DNA from: Sphingomonadales bacterium
Lineage (GTDB): Bacteria > Pseudomonadota > Alphaproteobacteria > Sphingomonadales > Sphingomonadaceae
Assembly: GCA_038245375.1 (NCBI GenBank)
Contig: JBBRSN010000001.1
Span: forward strand, 23,930-87,929
Length of the DNA stretch: 64,000 bases
Direction of reading: 5' to 3'
Below are positions 8,937-17,863 of the stretch, in pieces. The notes below the pieces were generated by a model. The model did not search any database and had not been told where the DNA came from. It worked only from the letters and a program-made list of their open reading frames with translations. Made by a program: the position numbers and the translations under genes. Every line of letters begins with the position of its first letter. The stretch's first letter is position 1.

Positions 8937-11489
8937 TCAATATTTGAAGCGGAAGGTCCCGCCAAAGGTACGCGGTGCGCCCAGGAAAGCGTCGAGCACG
9001 CCGGTGGCGTTGGTCGGCACGTTCTGGAAGCCCGAGTCGAAGGCGACCTGCTTGTAATTGGTGTCGAGCAGGTTCTCGGCCCAGGCCTCGATGCTCCAGC
9101 GGTCGTTGCTCGGGCCGAAGCCGATGCGGGCATTGGCCAGCACATAGCCCTTCTGGTTCTTGCCGGGATCGAGATCCGAGCCGGTATTGTAGGACGAGGA
9201 ATATTTCGCGCCGAGGTTGAAGCGCGCCTTGTAGTCCTGCCCGACATCCTGGGTATAGGTGCCCGACAGCGACGCCGAAACAAGTGGCGCGAGCGACATG
9301 CGCGCATTGCGGGTGCCCTGGAACTCGGTCCGCGCGACGAGTGTGGCGAGCTGGGCCGCCGTCAGATCATAGCGCGTGTCGGCGATCGTCACGCCGCCCT
9401 GCAGGCTGAACTTGCGGCTGGCGCGCCACAGAAAGTCGGTATCGATGCCCTTGCTGACGACGCTCGGGATCGAATCGACCACGAACACCAGCCCGTTGAA
9501 CGTGTTGAGCTGGAAGTTCGAATATTTCTGGTAGAACAAGGTCGCGTTGAGCAGCAGCTTGCGGTTGAACAGCGTCGCCTTTTCGCCGAGCTCGAACGAG
9601 TTGTTATACTCCGCGGCGAAACGCGTGTCGCGGATCGGCGTGATCGCTGCGGCGCTACCCGGCGCGCAGCCGGCTTCGCCGATGGTGCACTGGACGCGGT
9701 CGAGGTTGAAGCCGCCGGCCTTGTAGCCGCGCGCATAGGAGGCATAGACGAGCAAGGTCGGGTTGAGCCGGTAGGAGAGCTTCGCCGTGCCCGAAAAGAC
9801 ATTCTCGCGCTCGGCCTGGTGGTTGGTGAAATTGTTGTAGCCGGGGCTGAGGAAGGGCAGGCACATCGTGCTGTTGACCGCCGCGAGTTGCGCCGCCGCC
9901 GCCGGGTTCAGGCCGTTGAGGATGGCGAAGGCGGCATTGGCCGCGGCGCAGCCGCCGCCGGCGCCGATGTTGGTGCTGGTCTGGTCGAGCGACTTCTTGT
10001 CGATATTGTAGCGCAGCCCACCCTGCAGCGCGAGCTGGTCGGTGATATGGAAGGTGTTGTCGGTAAAGATCGCATAGGTGCGGTCGGTCTGGCGATACTG
10101 GTCGACCGAGCCGCTGTTGGCGGCATAGTTGACGCCGCCGACATAGGGGAAGGTCAGCCCGGTCTGCAGGAAGGTCGGGTCGGGATGACCCTCGACCAGC
10201 GACGAGAAGAGCAGGCTGAGATAGGGCGTGAACTGGCTGCCGACGAGCACGCTGGTGTTCTGGCGCAGCTTCTCGTTCGAGAAGAAGCCGCCGATCAGAT
10301 AGTCGAGTTTGCCGGCTGTGCCAGCGTAGCGCAGCTCCTGGCTGAAGGTGCGGAAGCGTGACGAATTTCGGTCGTCGGATGGCAGGTAATCGATGTCGGC
10401 GGTCGAGAAATCGGCGTCGAAGCCGCCGAGCGTCTTCCAGTCGCGATAGGCGGTGATCGAGGTCAGCGTGCCCGGGCCGACCTGCCAGTCGGCCTGCAGC
10501 GAAACGCCCTTGTCGGTGACCTGCTGGAGATCCGGGCGGTTGGCATAGGCGTTGCGCGCATAGGGCGTGGCGGGGTTGCCATCATTGCCGCCAAGTGCGG
10601 CGACAAGACTGTTGGCGAAATTGCCGGCGCTGGCGCGGGTGATGACCGCCATGCAGCAATGCTCGTCGCGGTGCGAGATGTCGCCGATCAGCCGCAGCGT
10701 CAGCGTGTCGGTCGGCTTGGCGAGCAGCTGGCCGCGCAACGTGTAGTATTTCTGGTTGTTGTCGCGCGTGTCGGTGCGCGGGCCGGGGCCGGTGTTCACC
10801 GTGTAGAAGCCACCGCGATAGCGATCGGCGAAGAAAATGCTGGCGGCGAGCTTGTCCTCGACCAGCGGCGCGCTGGCCGAGATCGACCCGCCGACGGCAC
10901 CGTAATTGCCGACGGTGAACTCGCCATTGACGCTCGGCGTGGTGAGCGAGGGCCTGGCGGTAAGAATGTTGATCACGCCGGCGGTGGCCGACTTGCCGAA
11001 CAGCGTGCCCTGTGGACCTTTCAGCACCTCGATCCGCTCGATGTCGCCGAGATCGCCGAAGCCGACGCCGTTGCGCGAGCGGTAGACGCCGTCGATGACG
11101 ATGCCGACCGAGGATTCGAGGCCGGGATTGTCGCCGACGGTGCCGATGCCGCGGATGCGCGCGGTGGTCGAGGATTCGCTCGTCGTCGAGGTGACGAGCA
11201 GGCCGGGGGCGAGGATCGCGAGATCCTTGATGTCGTGGACGCCGGTATCCTGCAGCAGCTGACGCGTCACGGTCGTGACGACGATCGGCACGTTCTGGAG
11301 GTTCTCGCTACGCTTGCGCGCGGTGACGATGATATCGGCGACGTTGTCGGCAGCGGCGGTGGCGGGCGCTGGCTGGGCGACGGGCTGCGCCGGTGCGGCG
11401 GCAGTCTGGGCCAGGGCGGGCACCGCCTGAAGGGCGATCGCGAGCGCGAGGACGGACACCGCGAGACGCGGCTTGCCACGGAAGTTCAT
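8937..11489 (-). CDS. TonB-dependent outer-membrane receptor
   Basis: 850 aa. Signal peptide, plug region (IIVTARKRSENLQNVPIVV..., IERIEVLKGPQGTLFG), long beta-barrel, and a terminal aromatic residue (..TFRFKY). Confidence 0.9.
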   Translation of the reverse strand: MNFRGKPRLAVSVLALAIALQAVPALAQTAAAPAQPVAQPAPATAAADNVADIIVTARKRSENLQNVPIVVTTVTRQLLQDTGVHDIKDLAILAPGLLVTSTTSESSTTARIRGIGTVGDNPGLESSVGIVIDGVYRSRNGVGFGDLGDIERIEVLKGPQGTLFGKSATAGVINILTARPSLTTPSVNGEFTVGNYGAVGGSISASAPLVEDKLAASIFFADRYRGGFYTVNTGPGPRTDTRDNNQKYYTLRGQLLAKPTDTLTLRLIGDISHRDEHCCMAVITRASAGNFANSLVAALGGNDGNPATPYARNAYANRPDLQQVTDKGVSLQADWQVGPGTLTSITAYRDWKTLGGFDADFSTADIDYLPSDDRNSSRFRTFSQELRYAGTAGKLDYLIGGFFSNEKLRQNTSVLVGSQFTPYLSLLFSSLVEGHPDPTFLQTGLTFPYVGGVNYAANSGSVDQYRQTDRTYAIFTDNTFHITDQLALQGGLRYNIDKKSLDQTSTNIGAGGGCAAANAAFAILNGLNPAAAAQLAAVNSTMCLPFLSPGYNNFTNHQAERENVFSGTAKLSYRLNPTLLVYASYARGYKAGGFNLDRVQCTIGEAGCAPGSAAAITPIRDTRFAAEYNNSFELGEKATLFNRKLLLNATLFYQKYSNFQLNTFNGLVFVVDSIPSVVSKGIDTDFLWRASRKFSLQGGVTIADTRYDLTAAQLATLVARTEFQGTRNARMSLAPLVSASLSGTYTQDVGQDYKARFNLGAKYSSSYNTGSDLDPGKNQKGYVLANARIGFGPSNDRWSIEAWAENLLDTNYKQVAFDSGFQNVPTNATGVLDAFLGAPRTFGGTFRFKY

Positions 11490-11595
11490 TCATCTCTCCA
11501 ATTTTTTTCCGGCGCGCTTGGGGGGAGTAAGGGCCGGCGCGCACGCTCTGACGGCGTGAACGTGATGGTGTGATGACAGGTTTATGAAACCGTAC

Positions 11596-11633
11596 GCCGA
11601 TGTGTTGCCGACGGGCAACGGATCGGCATTTTT
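11596..11633 (+). terminator. Orphan intrinsic terminator oriented on the plus strand
   Basis: GCCGATGTGTTGCC-GACG-GGCAACGGATCGGC (14-position stem, one mismatch, one GU) followed by ATTTTT. There is no U-tract on the minus strand and no plus-strand gene upstream. Confidence 0.45.
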
Positions 11634-11657
11634 CATACTTTTGGTTCCAAAAACAGC

Positions 11658-11684
11658 AATTTAGGGCCGATATCGTCCTAAATT
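11658..11684. promoter_or_regulatory. Perfect 8-bp inverted repeat AATTTAGG-N11-CCTAAATT in the receptor upstream region
   Basis: Read directly. It sits in an AT-richer segment about 170 nt upstream of the receptor start. Candidate operator. Confidence 0.3.
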
Positions 11685-11851
11685 AGCTGCCGCCTTCGTA
11701 CCGACTATTCGAAACTTGTGTGGCGCGAGGCTCGCGTGTCGACTCGGCGAAGCGCTGCGCGAGCCGCGCGCTGCCTGCGGGCGCCACGGGGCGTCGTTCC
11801 AAGACAAGGCTGAGCGGTACTGGGCGGCGTTCGTGGCGCGCAACGCAATGG

Positions 11852-11872
11852 CCCCGGGGGCAAGCCCCGGGG
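11852..11872 (-). terminator. CCCCGGGG-type hairpin downstream of the P450 stop
   Basis: GCCCCGGGGGCAAGCCCCGGGG lies 30 nt after the stop at 11902. No U-tract. Confidence 0.3.
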
Positions 11873-11901
11873 TCACGGCAGCATGGTAGCGGCGAAGCGT
11901 C

Positions 11902-13149
11902 TCAGTATTTGGTGATTTCGACCGGCAGCTTGCGATAGCCGTGGACGAAGCACCCCGCGACGCGATCTGGCTCGTGCAACACGTTGACGCGCATGCGCCG
12001 CTTGGCCATTTCCTCGAGCAGCGTGGCAATCTGCAGTTCGGCCAGACGGGCACCGACGCAGCGGTGAATGCCATGGCCGAAGGCGAGGTGGCGGCGGGCA
12101 TTGGCGCGACCGACCACGATGTCGTCGGCATTGTCGCCGAACACGCTCGCGTCGCGATTGGCCGAGAGGTACCACAAAGCGAGCTTGTCGCCGGCCTTGA
12201 TCTGCTGCCCCTCGAGCACCGTGTCTTGCGTCGCGGTGCGGCGCATATGGGCGAGTGGGGTCTGCCAGCGGATGATTTCCTGCACCGTGTTGGGAATCAG
12301 CGACGGGTCGGCCTCGAGCCTGGCGCGCTGATCGGGGAACTTGTCGAGGCCGTACACCGCGGCGGTCATCGAGTTGCGCGTCGTGTCGTTGCCGCCGACG
12401 ATCAGCAGGATGAGATTGCCGAGGAACTCCATCTGATCCATCTCGGCCATCGCCTCACTATGCATCATCATCGAGATGAGATCTGGCGTCGGCGGCTTGC
12501 CGAGCTTCGCGTTCCACAGACCCTGGAAATAGGCGCCGCATTCATACATGTGCTTGAGGCGCTCGAGCCGCAGCTCCTCGGTCTTGACCAGTTCGATGTC
12601 GCCGGCCCAGTCGGACCAGAAGGTCAGCTTGCGGCGATCTTCCCACGGGAAGTCGAACAGGATGGCGAGCATCTGCGTGGTCAATTCGATCGACACCTTG
12701 TCGACCCAGTCGAATTCCTTGTTCCATTCCAGCGTGTCGAGAATTTCGCCGGTGCGGCGGCGGATGTCGCCGCTCATCCGCACCATCTCGCTGGGTGTGA
12801 AGGCGGGGGCGACGGTACGGCGTTGGCCGGTATGCTTTGGCCGGTCCATTGCGATGAACATCGGCATGCGCACATCGGAAGTCGAATTCTCGATGAAGTC
12901 GGCGATGGTAATGCCGCCGGCCTGCGACGAATAGATGTCGGGGCGCGACTCTACCTCGACGATCGGCTTGTAGGTCGACACCGACCAATAGGCGCCGAAG
13001 CCCGATTCGGGGACGTAATGCACCGGCGATGTCGCACGCAGCTGGCGGAATGGCTCCTGCCAACGGTCCTCGGCATAAAGCTCGGGTCGGCTGACGTCGA
13101 ACGGATCGACCGCCTCGTCGTGCGTTACTTCCTGTGCCAAAGTCGCCAT
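11902..13149 (-). CDS. Cytochrome P450, CYP153-like (alkane/terminal hydroxylase family)
   Basis: Heme loop FGHGIHRCVGARLAE, I-helix LLIVGGNDTTRNSM, EIIRWQTP. Long collinear similarity to my recollection of CYP153A6 (YWSV..Y, PMFIAMD.PKH, FDWV..VSIELTT.MLA.LFDFPW.DR.KLT.WSD). AAGGAGAG Shine-Dalgarno sequence. Confidence 0.9.
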   Translation of the reverse strand: MATLAQEVTHDEAVDPFDVSRPELYAEDRWQEPFRQLRATSPVHYVPESGFGAYWSVSTYKPIVEVESRPDIYSSQAGGITIADFIENSTSDVRMPMFIAMDRPKHTGQRRTVAPAFTPSEMVRMSGDIRRRTGEILDTLEWNKEFDWVDKVSIELTTQMLAILFDFPWEDRRKLTFWSDWAGDIELVKTEELRLERLKHMYECGAYFQGLWNAKLGKPPTPDLISMMMHSEAMAEMDQMEFLGNLILLIVGGNDTTRNSMTAAVYGLDKFPDQRARLEADPSLIPNTVQEIIRWQTPLAHMRRTATQDTVLEGQQIKAGDKLALWYLSANRDASVFGDNADDIVVGRANARRHLAFGHGIHRCVGARLAELQIATLLEEMAKRRMRVNVLHEPDRVAGCFVHGYRKLPVEITKY

Positions 13150-13185
13150 GATCCACTCTCCTTATGCCATCAGGAAAGCCTTAAC

Positions 13186-13199
13186 TGACATTTATGTCA
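13186..13199. promoter_or_regulatory. Palindrome TGACA-TTTA-TGTCA upstream of the P450 gene
   Basis: Perfect 5-4-5 inverted repeat, 37-50 nt upstream of the P450 ATG. Candidate repressor operator. Confidence 0.3.
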
Positions 13200-13244
13200 A
13201 TAGCGTTTCGCAACGGATCGACCGACGGATCGGCGAAACGAGCA

Positions 13245-14480
13245 TCAGGTGCGACCGAACAACGCCTTCCAGCGAAACTTGCCGCTGCCCGATTGCAGCA
13301 CGCCGCGCCGGAAGGCGCGCACGCCGACTGCCACGAAGATCGCTACCCACAGCGCCTGCCACGCCAGCGCGGCAAAATGCGGCCACAGCGCGGGTGACTG
13401 CGCTGCGCGGCCGGCCATGTAATAGGGCGAGCTGAGCGGGAAGACCTCAGCGAAGGTCGCAATCCAGCTGTTGGGGCGCGAAATGGCCACCGCGCCGAGG
13501 CCGAACATCGACACCTGGACCAGCGTGATCGGCAGCGACAGCAACTGGATCTCGCGCACGCTCGACGCCTGCGCGCCGACGCCGAGGAACACCGCGCCGA
13601 GCAGCATATAGGCCATGGTGAAGTAGCCGAAGAACAGCAGGGTGAAGAGCGGCATACCCATCACCGGCGTGAGCGCGGCGAGCCCCGATGCCATGCCGGC
13701 GGGCATCAGGGTGGTGATCTGTGTGATCAGCGTACCCCAGAAGGCGAGGAACAGTATCGCGACACCGAAAGTGCCGATCAGCTTGCCGAAGAACACCGAT
13801 TCGAGCGGCACGGCGGCGGCGAGAATTTCGATCACCTTGTTGCCGCGCTCCTCGGCGATGCCGCTGACGACCTGGCCGGCGAGCAGCAGCGTGAGGAAGA
13901 AGATCGCAAAGACCGCGAAGAAACCCGATTCCTTTGCGCTACGCATGCGCGGGGCGGCGCGCTTGACCTCGGTCAGCGTGGCAGTGCTGAGCGCGGTCGT
14001 GCCGCCGCTGCGCGCGGTGCGCAACGTCTGCTCGGCGAGTTGCGCGAGGTAGGCGGCCGAACGGTCCGCATTGGGCGTGTGGAGAATTTGCGGGTGGTCG
14101 AGCGGGCCGTACATCACCGCGACGACATCGACGCCGCGGTCCTCGATCAGCGCGTGCGCCTGTGCCGCACCGTCGCTGCCCGGCGCGTCGGTGCGCAGGG
14201 TCGCCGGTGCCTCGCTGCTGTCGCGATAGACGCGACGCAACTGCGCGTCGTTTGCCATCATCAACCGCGCCTGGTCGCCGTCGACCAGCGCGACGATCCG
14301 CGTCTTGTCGCCCGCGCCCGACGTAGCCGCACTGGCGCCGAAGCCGCCGATCGCGCCGAAAGAGCCCATCACGACCGGCGCGAACAGGAAGATCAGGAAG
14401 GTCGGGGTGAACACCGTCGCGACGAAATCGCGCCGCGCGATGGTCAGCGTCTGGCGAACGAGCGTAGCGAAGCGGCTCAT
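13245..14480 (-). CDS. ABC-2-type transporter permease
   Basis: Internal ATG at 14480 (MSRFATLVRQTLTIARRDF...). One N-terminal TM segment, a large loop, then about 5 C-terminal TM segments. ATGA overlap with the ATPase gene. Confidence 0.8.
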   Translation of the reverse strand: MSRFATLVRQTLTIARRDFVATVFTPTFLIFLFAPVVMGSFGAIGGFGASAATSGAGDKTRIVALVDGDQARLMMANDAQLRRVYRDSSEAPATLRTDAPGSDGAAQAHALIEDRGVDVVAVMYGPLDHPQILHTPNADRSAAYLAQLAEQTLRTARSGGTTALSTATLTEVKRAAPRMRSAKESGFFAVFAIFFLTLLLAGQVVSGIAEERGNKVIEILAAAVPLESVFFGKLIGTFGVAILFLAFWGTLITQITTLMPAGMASGLAALTPVMGMPLFTLLFFGYFTMAYMLLGAVFLGVGAQASSVREIQLLSLPITLVQVSMFGLGAVAISRPNSWIATFAEVFPLSSPYYMAGRAAQSPALWPHFAALAWQALWVAIFVAVGVRAFRRGVLQSGSGKFRWKALFGRT

Positions 14481-15394
14481 GCCTGATCCTCCAGTGCGGC
14501 GCGGCCGACGATCTTGACGAAGGCGTCGTGCAGGCTGGGCCGCTCGATCGACAGGCCGGAAATGCCGTAGCCCGCGCCGATCAGTTTGCTCAGCACCTGT
14601 TCGGTACCCTCGTCGGGAACGGTGAAGCGCCAGCCATCGCCCTGGTGCTGCGCGCCGTCGGGCAGATAATCGGCGATATGGGCGTCGTCGTTGCGCGGGG
14701 TGTAGGTCGCCTGCATCGGCAACATCGCGCGTGCCTCGGCGACGGTGCCCTCGAAGCGGCGGCGGCCCTTGGCGATGATCGCCAGCCGGTCGCACAGCCG
14801 CTCGGCATGCGCCATGACATGCGTCGACAGCACGATCGTCGCGCCGCGGTCGCGCTCGGCGAGGATCAGCGCCTCGAGCTTTTCCTGGTTGACCGGATCG
14901 AGCCCCGAAAAAGGCTCGTCGAGCACCAGCAGCTCTGGTTGATGGACGATCGAACCGAGCAACTGGACGAGCTGCGCCATGCCCTTGGAGAGTTTGCGGA
15001 TCTTGTCGTCGGCGGCATGGCCGAGACCGGCGGATTCGAGCAGTTCGGCAGCGCGCTTGCGCCCGATGCGCAGCGGCAACCCGCGCAACGCGCCCATGAA
15101 GGCGATCGCCTCCTTCGCCTTCATCGCCGGGTAGAGCCCGCGCTCCTCGGGCAGATAGCCGACGCGGTCGCTCACGTCGCGGGTGCGCTCGGTGCCGAGC
15201 AGCGTGCGCTGGCCCTCATCGGGCTCGATGATGCCGAGCAGCATGCGCAGCGTCGTCGTCTTGCCCGCGCCATTGGGGCCGAGCACGCCATAGATCATGC
15301 CCGTGGGCACCGCGATGTCGACCCCGTCGACGACGCGCCGGCCGCTGAATTTCTTGACCAGCCCGGTGGCGCTGATCGCGAGATTGTCGTGCAA
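14477..15394 (-). CDS. ABC transporter ATP-binding protein
   Basis: Walker A GPNGAGKTT, signature LSKGMAQ, Walker B LLVLDEP. Probable TTG start at 15394 with GAGGAA upstream. The start is uncertain. Confidence 0.85.
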   Translation of the reverse strand: MHDNLAISATGLVKKFSGRRVVDGVDIAVPTGMIYGVLGPNGAGKTTTLRMLLGIIEPDEGQRTLLGTERTRDVSDRVGYLPEERGLYPAMKAKEAIAFMGALRGLPLRIGRKRAAELLESAGLGHAADDKIRKLSKGMAQLVQLLGSIVHQPELLVLDEPFSGLDPVNQEKLEALILAERDRGATIVLSTHVMAHAERLCDRLAIIAKGRRRFEGTVAEARAMLPMQATYTPRNDDAHIADYLPDGAQHQGDGWRFTVPDEGTEQVLSKLIGAGYGISGLSIERPSLHDAFVKIVGRAALEDQA

Positions 15395-15437
15395 CGAAAA
15401 TTCCTCAGGCGGGAAGCCCGTCGCGTGGTAGCGGGAG

Positions 15438-16481
15438 GTGGTGGAGCAAGACAAGTCACTCGCGGCGCGATTAGCCACGAAAGCGGCCGAACTGGGCTTT
15501 GCCGCGTGCGGCGTGGCGCGCGCCGATGCCGCGCCGCGCACGGCTGCGCGGCTGCGCGAATGGCTCGACGCGGGCATGCATGGCGACATGATCTGGATGG
15601 AATCGCGCGCCGACCACCGTGCCAGCCCGGCCGGGTTGTGGGGCGAGGTGAAGAGCGTCATCGCGCTCGGCATGAGCTATGCGCCTGCCGTCGATCCGCT
15701 GGCACTGGCCGTGGTGCCCGACCGAGGGCGGATCTCGGTCTACGCGCAGGGGCAGGATTATCACGACGTGGTCAAGCGCGCGCTCAAGGCGCTGGCGCGC
15801 TGGCTGGTGGCGACAGCGGGCGGCGACCTCAAGGTGTTCGTCGATACAGCCCCGGTGATGGAAAAGCCGCTGGCCGAGGCGGCCGGGCTGGGCTGGCAGG
15901 GCAAGCACAGCAACCTCGTCAGCCGCGACCATGGCAGCTGGCTGTTCCTCGGCGCGATCTACACCACGCTCGACCTGACGCCCGACGCGCCGGGGCGGGA
16001 CGCCTGCGGGTCGTGCGATGCCTGTCAGCGGGCGTGCCCGACCCAAGCCTTTCCCGCGCCGTACCGGCTCGATGCGCGGCGCTGCATCTCCTATCTGACG
16101 ATCGAACATGCCGGCCCGATCCCGATCGAATTCCGTGCCGCGATCGGCAACCGCATCTATGGTTGTGACGACTGCCTCGCGGTGTGCCCGTGGAACAAGT
16201 TCGCCGATGCGGCACATGCCAATCTGGCATTCGCGCCCCGCGCCGAACTGGCGGCGCCGGCGCTGGCCGATCTGCTCGCGCTGGACGACGCCGCCTTTCG
16301 CGCGGTGTTCTCAGGCTCGCCGATCAAGCGCATCGGGCGCAACCGCATGGTCAGGAACGCGCTGATCGCGGCGGGGAACAGCGGGGAGGGGGCGCTGGTC
16401 GCGCCGGTCGCCGCATTGCTGGACGATGTCGATCCGGTTGTGGCGGAGGCGGCGGCCTGGGCATTGGGGCGGCTGCGTTAA
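15438..16481 (+). CDS. queG: tRNA epoxyqueuosine(34) reductase
   Basis: Two 4Fe-4S motifs ([23 protein letters not shown]), CISYLTIEH, and C-terminal HEAT-like repeats. Confidence 0.88.
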   Translation: MVEQDKSLAARLATKAAELGFAACGVARADAAPRTAARLREWLDAGMHGDMIWMESRADHRASPAGLWGEVKSVIALGMSYAPAVDPLALAVVPDRGRISVYAQGQDYHDVVKRALKALARWLVATAGGDLKVFVDTAPVMEKPLAEAAGLGWQGKHSNLVSRDHGSWLFLGAIYTTLDLTPDAPGRDACGSCDACQRACPTQAFPAPYRLDARRCISYLTIEHAGPIPIEFRAAIGNRIYGCDDCLAVCPWNKFADAAHANLAFAPRAELAAPALADLLALDDAAFRAVFSGSPIKRIGRNRMVRNALIAAGNSGEGALVAPVAALLDDVDPVVAEAAAWALGRLR

Positions 16482-16486
16482 ACATT

Positions 16487-16573
16487 TCCGTTCGCCCTGA
16501 GCCTGTCGAAGGGCTGTCCTTCCTCGTCGCCATCCAGAAGAACGGTGCTTCGACAAGCTCAGCACGAACGGAA
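16487..16573. repeat. Family D ~85-bp palindromic element, copy D1
   Basis: CCGTTCGCCCTGAGC...GTCGAAG...CTTCGACAAGCTCAGCACGAACGG. A homologous copy lies at 17761-17841 in the same orientation. Confidence 0.7.
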
Positions 16574-16619
16574 GTAGGGAGTACTCAAAACGCGCGTGGC
16601 GCCGCGCTCCTTGCCTCGA

Positions 16620-17000
16620 TCACCGCCGCCCGCCGCGCCCGATCTGCAATGCCCCGACGCAACTCGCCCGGTCGACCGGGCTGCCGTCGGTGCGGCGCGC
16701 GTCGATATAACTGACGAGCGGCTCGCCCGTGCCCTTGGGGTAGAGATAGGCGTCGAGCACGCAGGTCGCGTTGCCGAACTGGAGTTTGCGGGCATTGCCC
16801 TCGCGGACATCGGCGGCGGGCTGGCCGAACAGCCCGACCAATGCGCCGGCCGGCTGGCCGATGACGCGGTCCATGCCGGCCGCAGTGCCGCCGGGGATCG
16901 GCACATAGGGTGCTGGCATGCGCGTGCGCGGTGCGGTGCCGTCGCCGGCACAGGCGCCGAGCGCCAGCGCGGGCAGCAGGATGAGGGTCGCGCGGATCAT
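16620..17000 (-). CDS. Small lipoprotein, function unknown
   Basis: MIRATLILLPALALGAC lipobox. ATGA overlap with the upstream EI24-like gene. High GC3. Confidence 0.65.
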   Translation of the reverse strand: MIRATLILLPALALGACAGDGTAPRTRMPAPYVPIPGGTAAGMDRVIGQPAGALVGLFGQPAADVREGNARKLQFGNATCVLDAYLYPKGTGEPLVSYIDARRTDGSPVDRASCVGALQIGRGGRR

Positions 17001-17674
17001 GACCGGCCTTTCGCGTGAAACAGATGCGTCGCCATCGCCGCGCCGAGCACCGGCGCGAGCAGGTTGAGGACCGGAACCACGAACAGCCCCGCCACGGCAA
17101 CCCCCAGCACGAAGCGCGGCACGCGGGTCGTCGCGCGCCAGCCACGCATCGCCTCGCGCGGCATGTGGCGCGCCGCGACCATGTCGCCAAGGTCGCGCCC
17201 AAGCAGCCAGCCATTGACCAGAATGAACGCGATCGGCGTGCCGATGCCGGTGACGATCAGCACGATGTAGATCGGCGACATCAGCAGGTTGACGAGGATC
17301 GCGCGCCCGGCCGCGCCGAGCCCCATGGTCAGCGAGCGCGCCAGCGGCATGCTGCGCGCCGTATCGAGTGCCGTGGGGTAATGCTTGCGCTCGACCGCCA
17401 CGACCACGTCGTCGGCGAAGATGTCCATCACCGCGATCGCGACGGTGCGGAACAGCAACCAGCCGAGCGCGAGCGCCGCCAGCACCGCGACCGCACCGGC
17501 GAGCGTCGTGCCGGTGTCGCCGACATAATGTGCGGCGAGGCTTTCCGCGCCGAACCACAACCCGGCGCCGAGGCCCAGCAGCAGCACGATCGTTACCGCC
17601 AGCGATTTGAGGAACACCGCGGCAATCTTGCGGTCGCCGAGCTGGCCAAGCGAGAGGAACAGGGCGCGGATCAT
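16997..17674 (-). CDS. EI24/CysZ-like integral membrane protein
   Basis: Start at MIRALFLSLGQLGD. Multiple TM segments in an EI24-family-like layout. The family call comes from memory of similar alphaproteobacterial proteins. Confidence 0.6.
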   Translation of the reverse strand: MIRALFLSLGQLGDRKIAAVFLKSLAVTIVLLLGLGAGLWFGAESLAAHYVGDTGTTLAGAVAVLAALALGWLLFRTVAIAVMDIFADDVVVAVERKHYPTALDTARSMPLARSLTMGLGAAGRAILVNLLMSPIYIVLIVTGIGTPIAFILVNGWLLGRDLGDMVAARHMPREAMRGWRATTRVPRFVLGVAVAGLFVVPVLNLLAPVLGAAMATHLFHAKGRS

Positions 17675-17760
17675 GGGCGCAGCGTGCGGACAAGCGCGGG
17701 CTTCGTCAACGCCCCGGTTGCGCGGCGGCGAGTCGACCATTAGGCGATGTTCCATAAACT

Positions 17761-17841
17761 CCGTTCGGGCTGAGCTCGTCGAAGCCCTGCACTTCGTTAT
17801 CGCGAAGAAGAACGGCCCCTCGACAAGCTCAGGGCGAACGG
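17761..17841. repeat. Family D palindromic element, copy D2
   Basis: CCGTTCGGGCTGAGC...GTCGAAG...CTCGACAAGCTCAGGGCGAACGG. Its 3' 15-mer is the exact reverse complement of the 5' 15-mer of D1. Confidence 0.7.
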
Positions 17842-17863
17842 TCGATTTTTTTGGAGACCCAGT

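Noticed and set aside
8913-10361. Long ORFs antisense to recognised genes. Examples: 8913-10361 (+) opposite the TonB receptor, 14528-16168 (+), 38670-40205 (-), 57799-59418 (-), 53045-54259 (-), 30423-31829 (-), 45443-46423 (-), 2605-3615 (+).
   Set aside because: They are Arg/Ala/Gly/Pro-rich low-complexity translations with no recognisable motifs. Each lies opposite a gene with clear family signatures. Such shadow frames are expected at this GC content.
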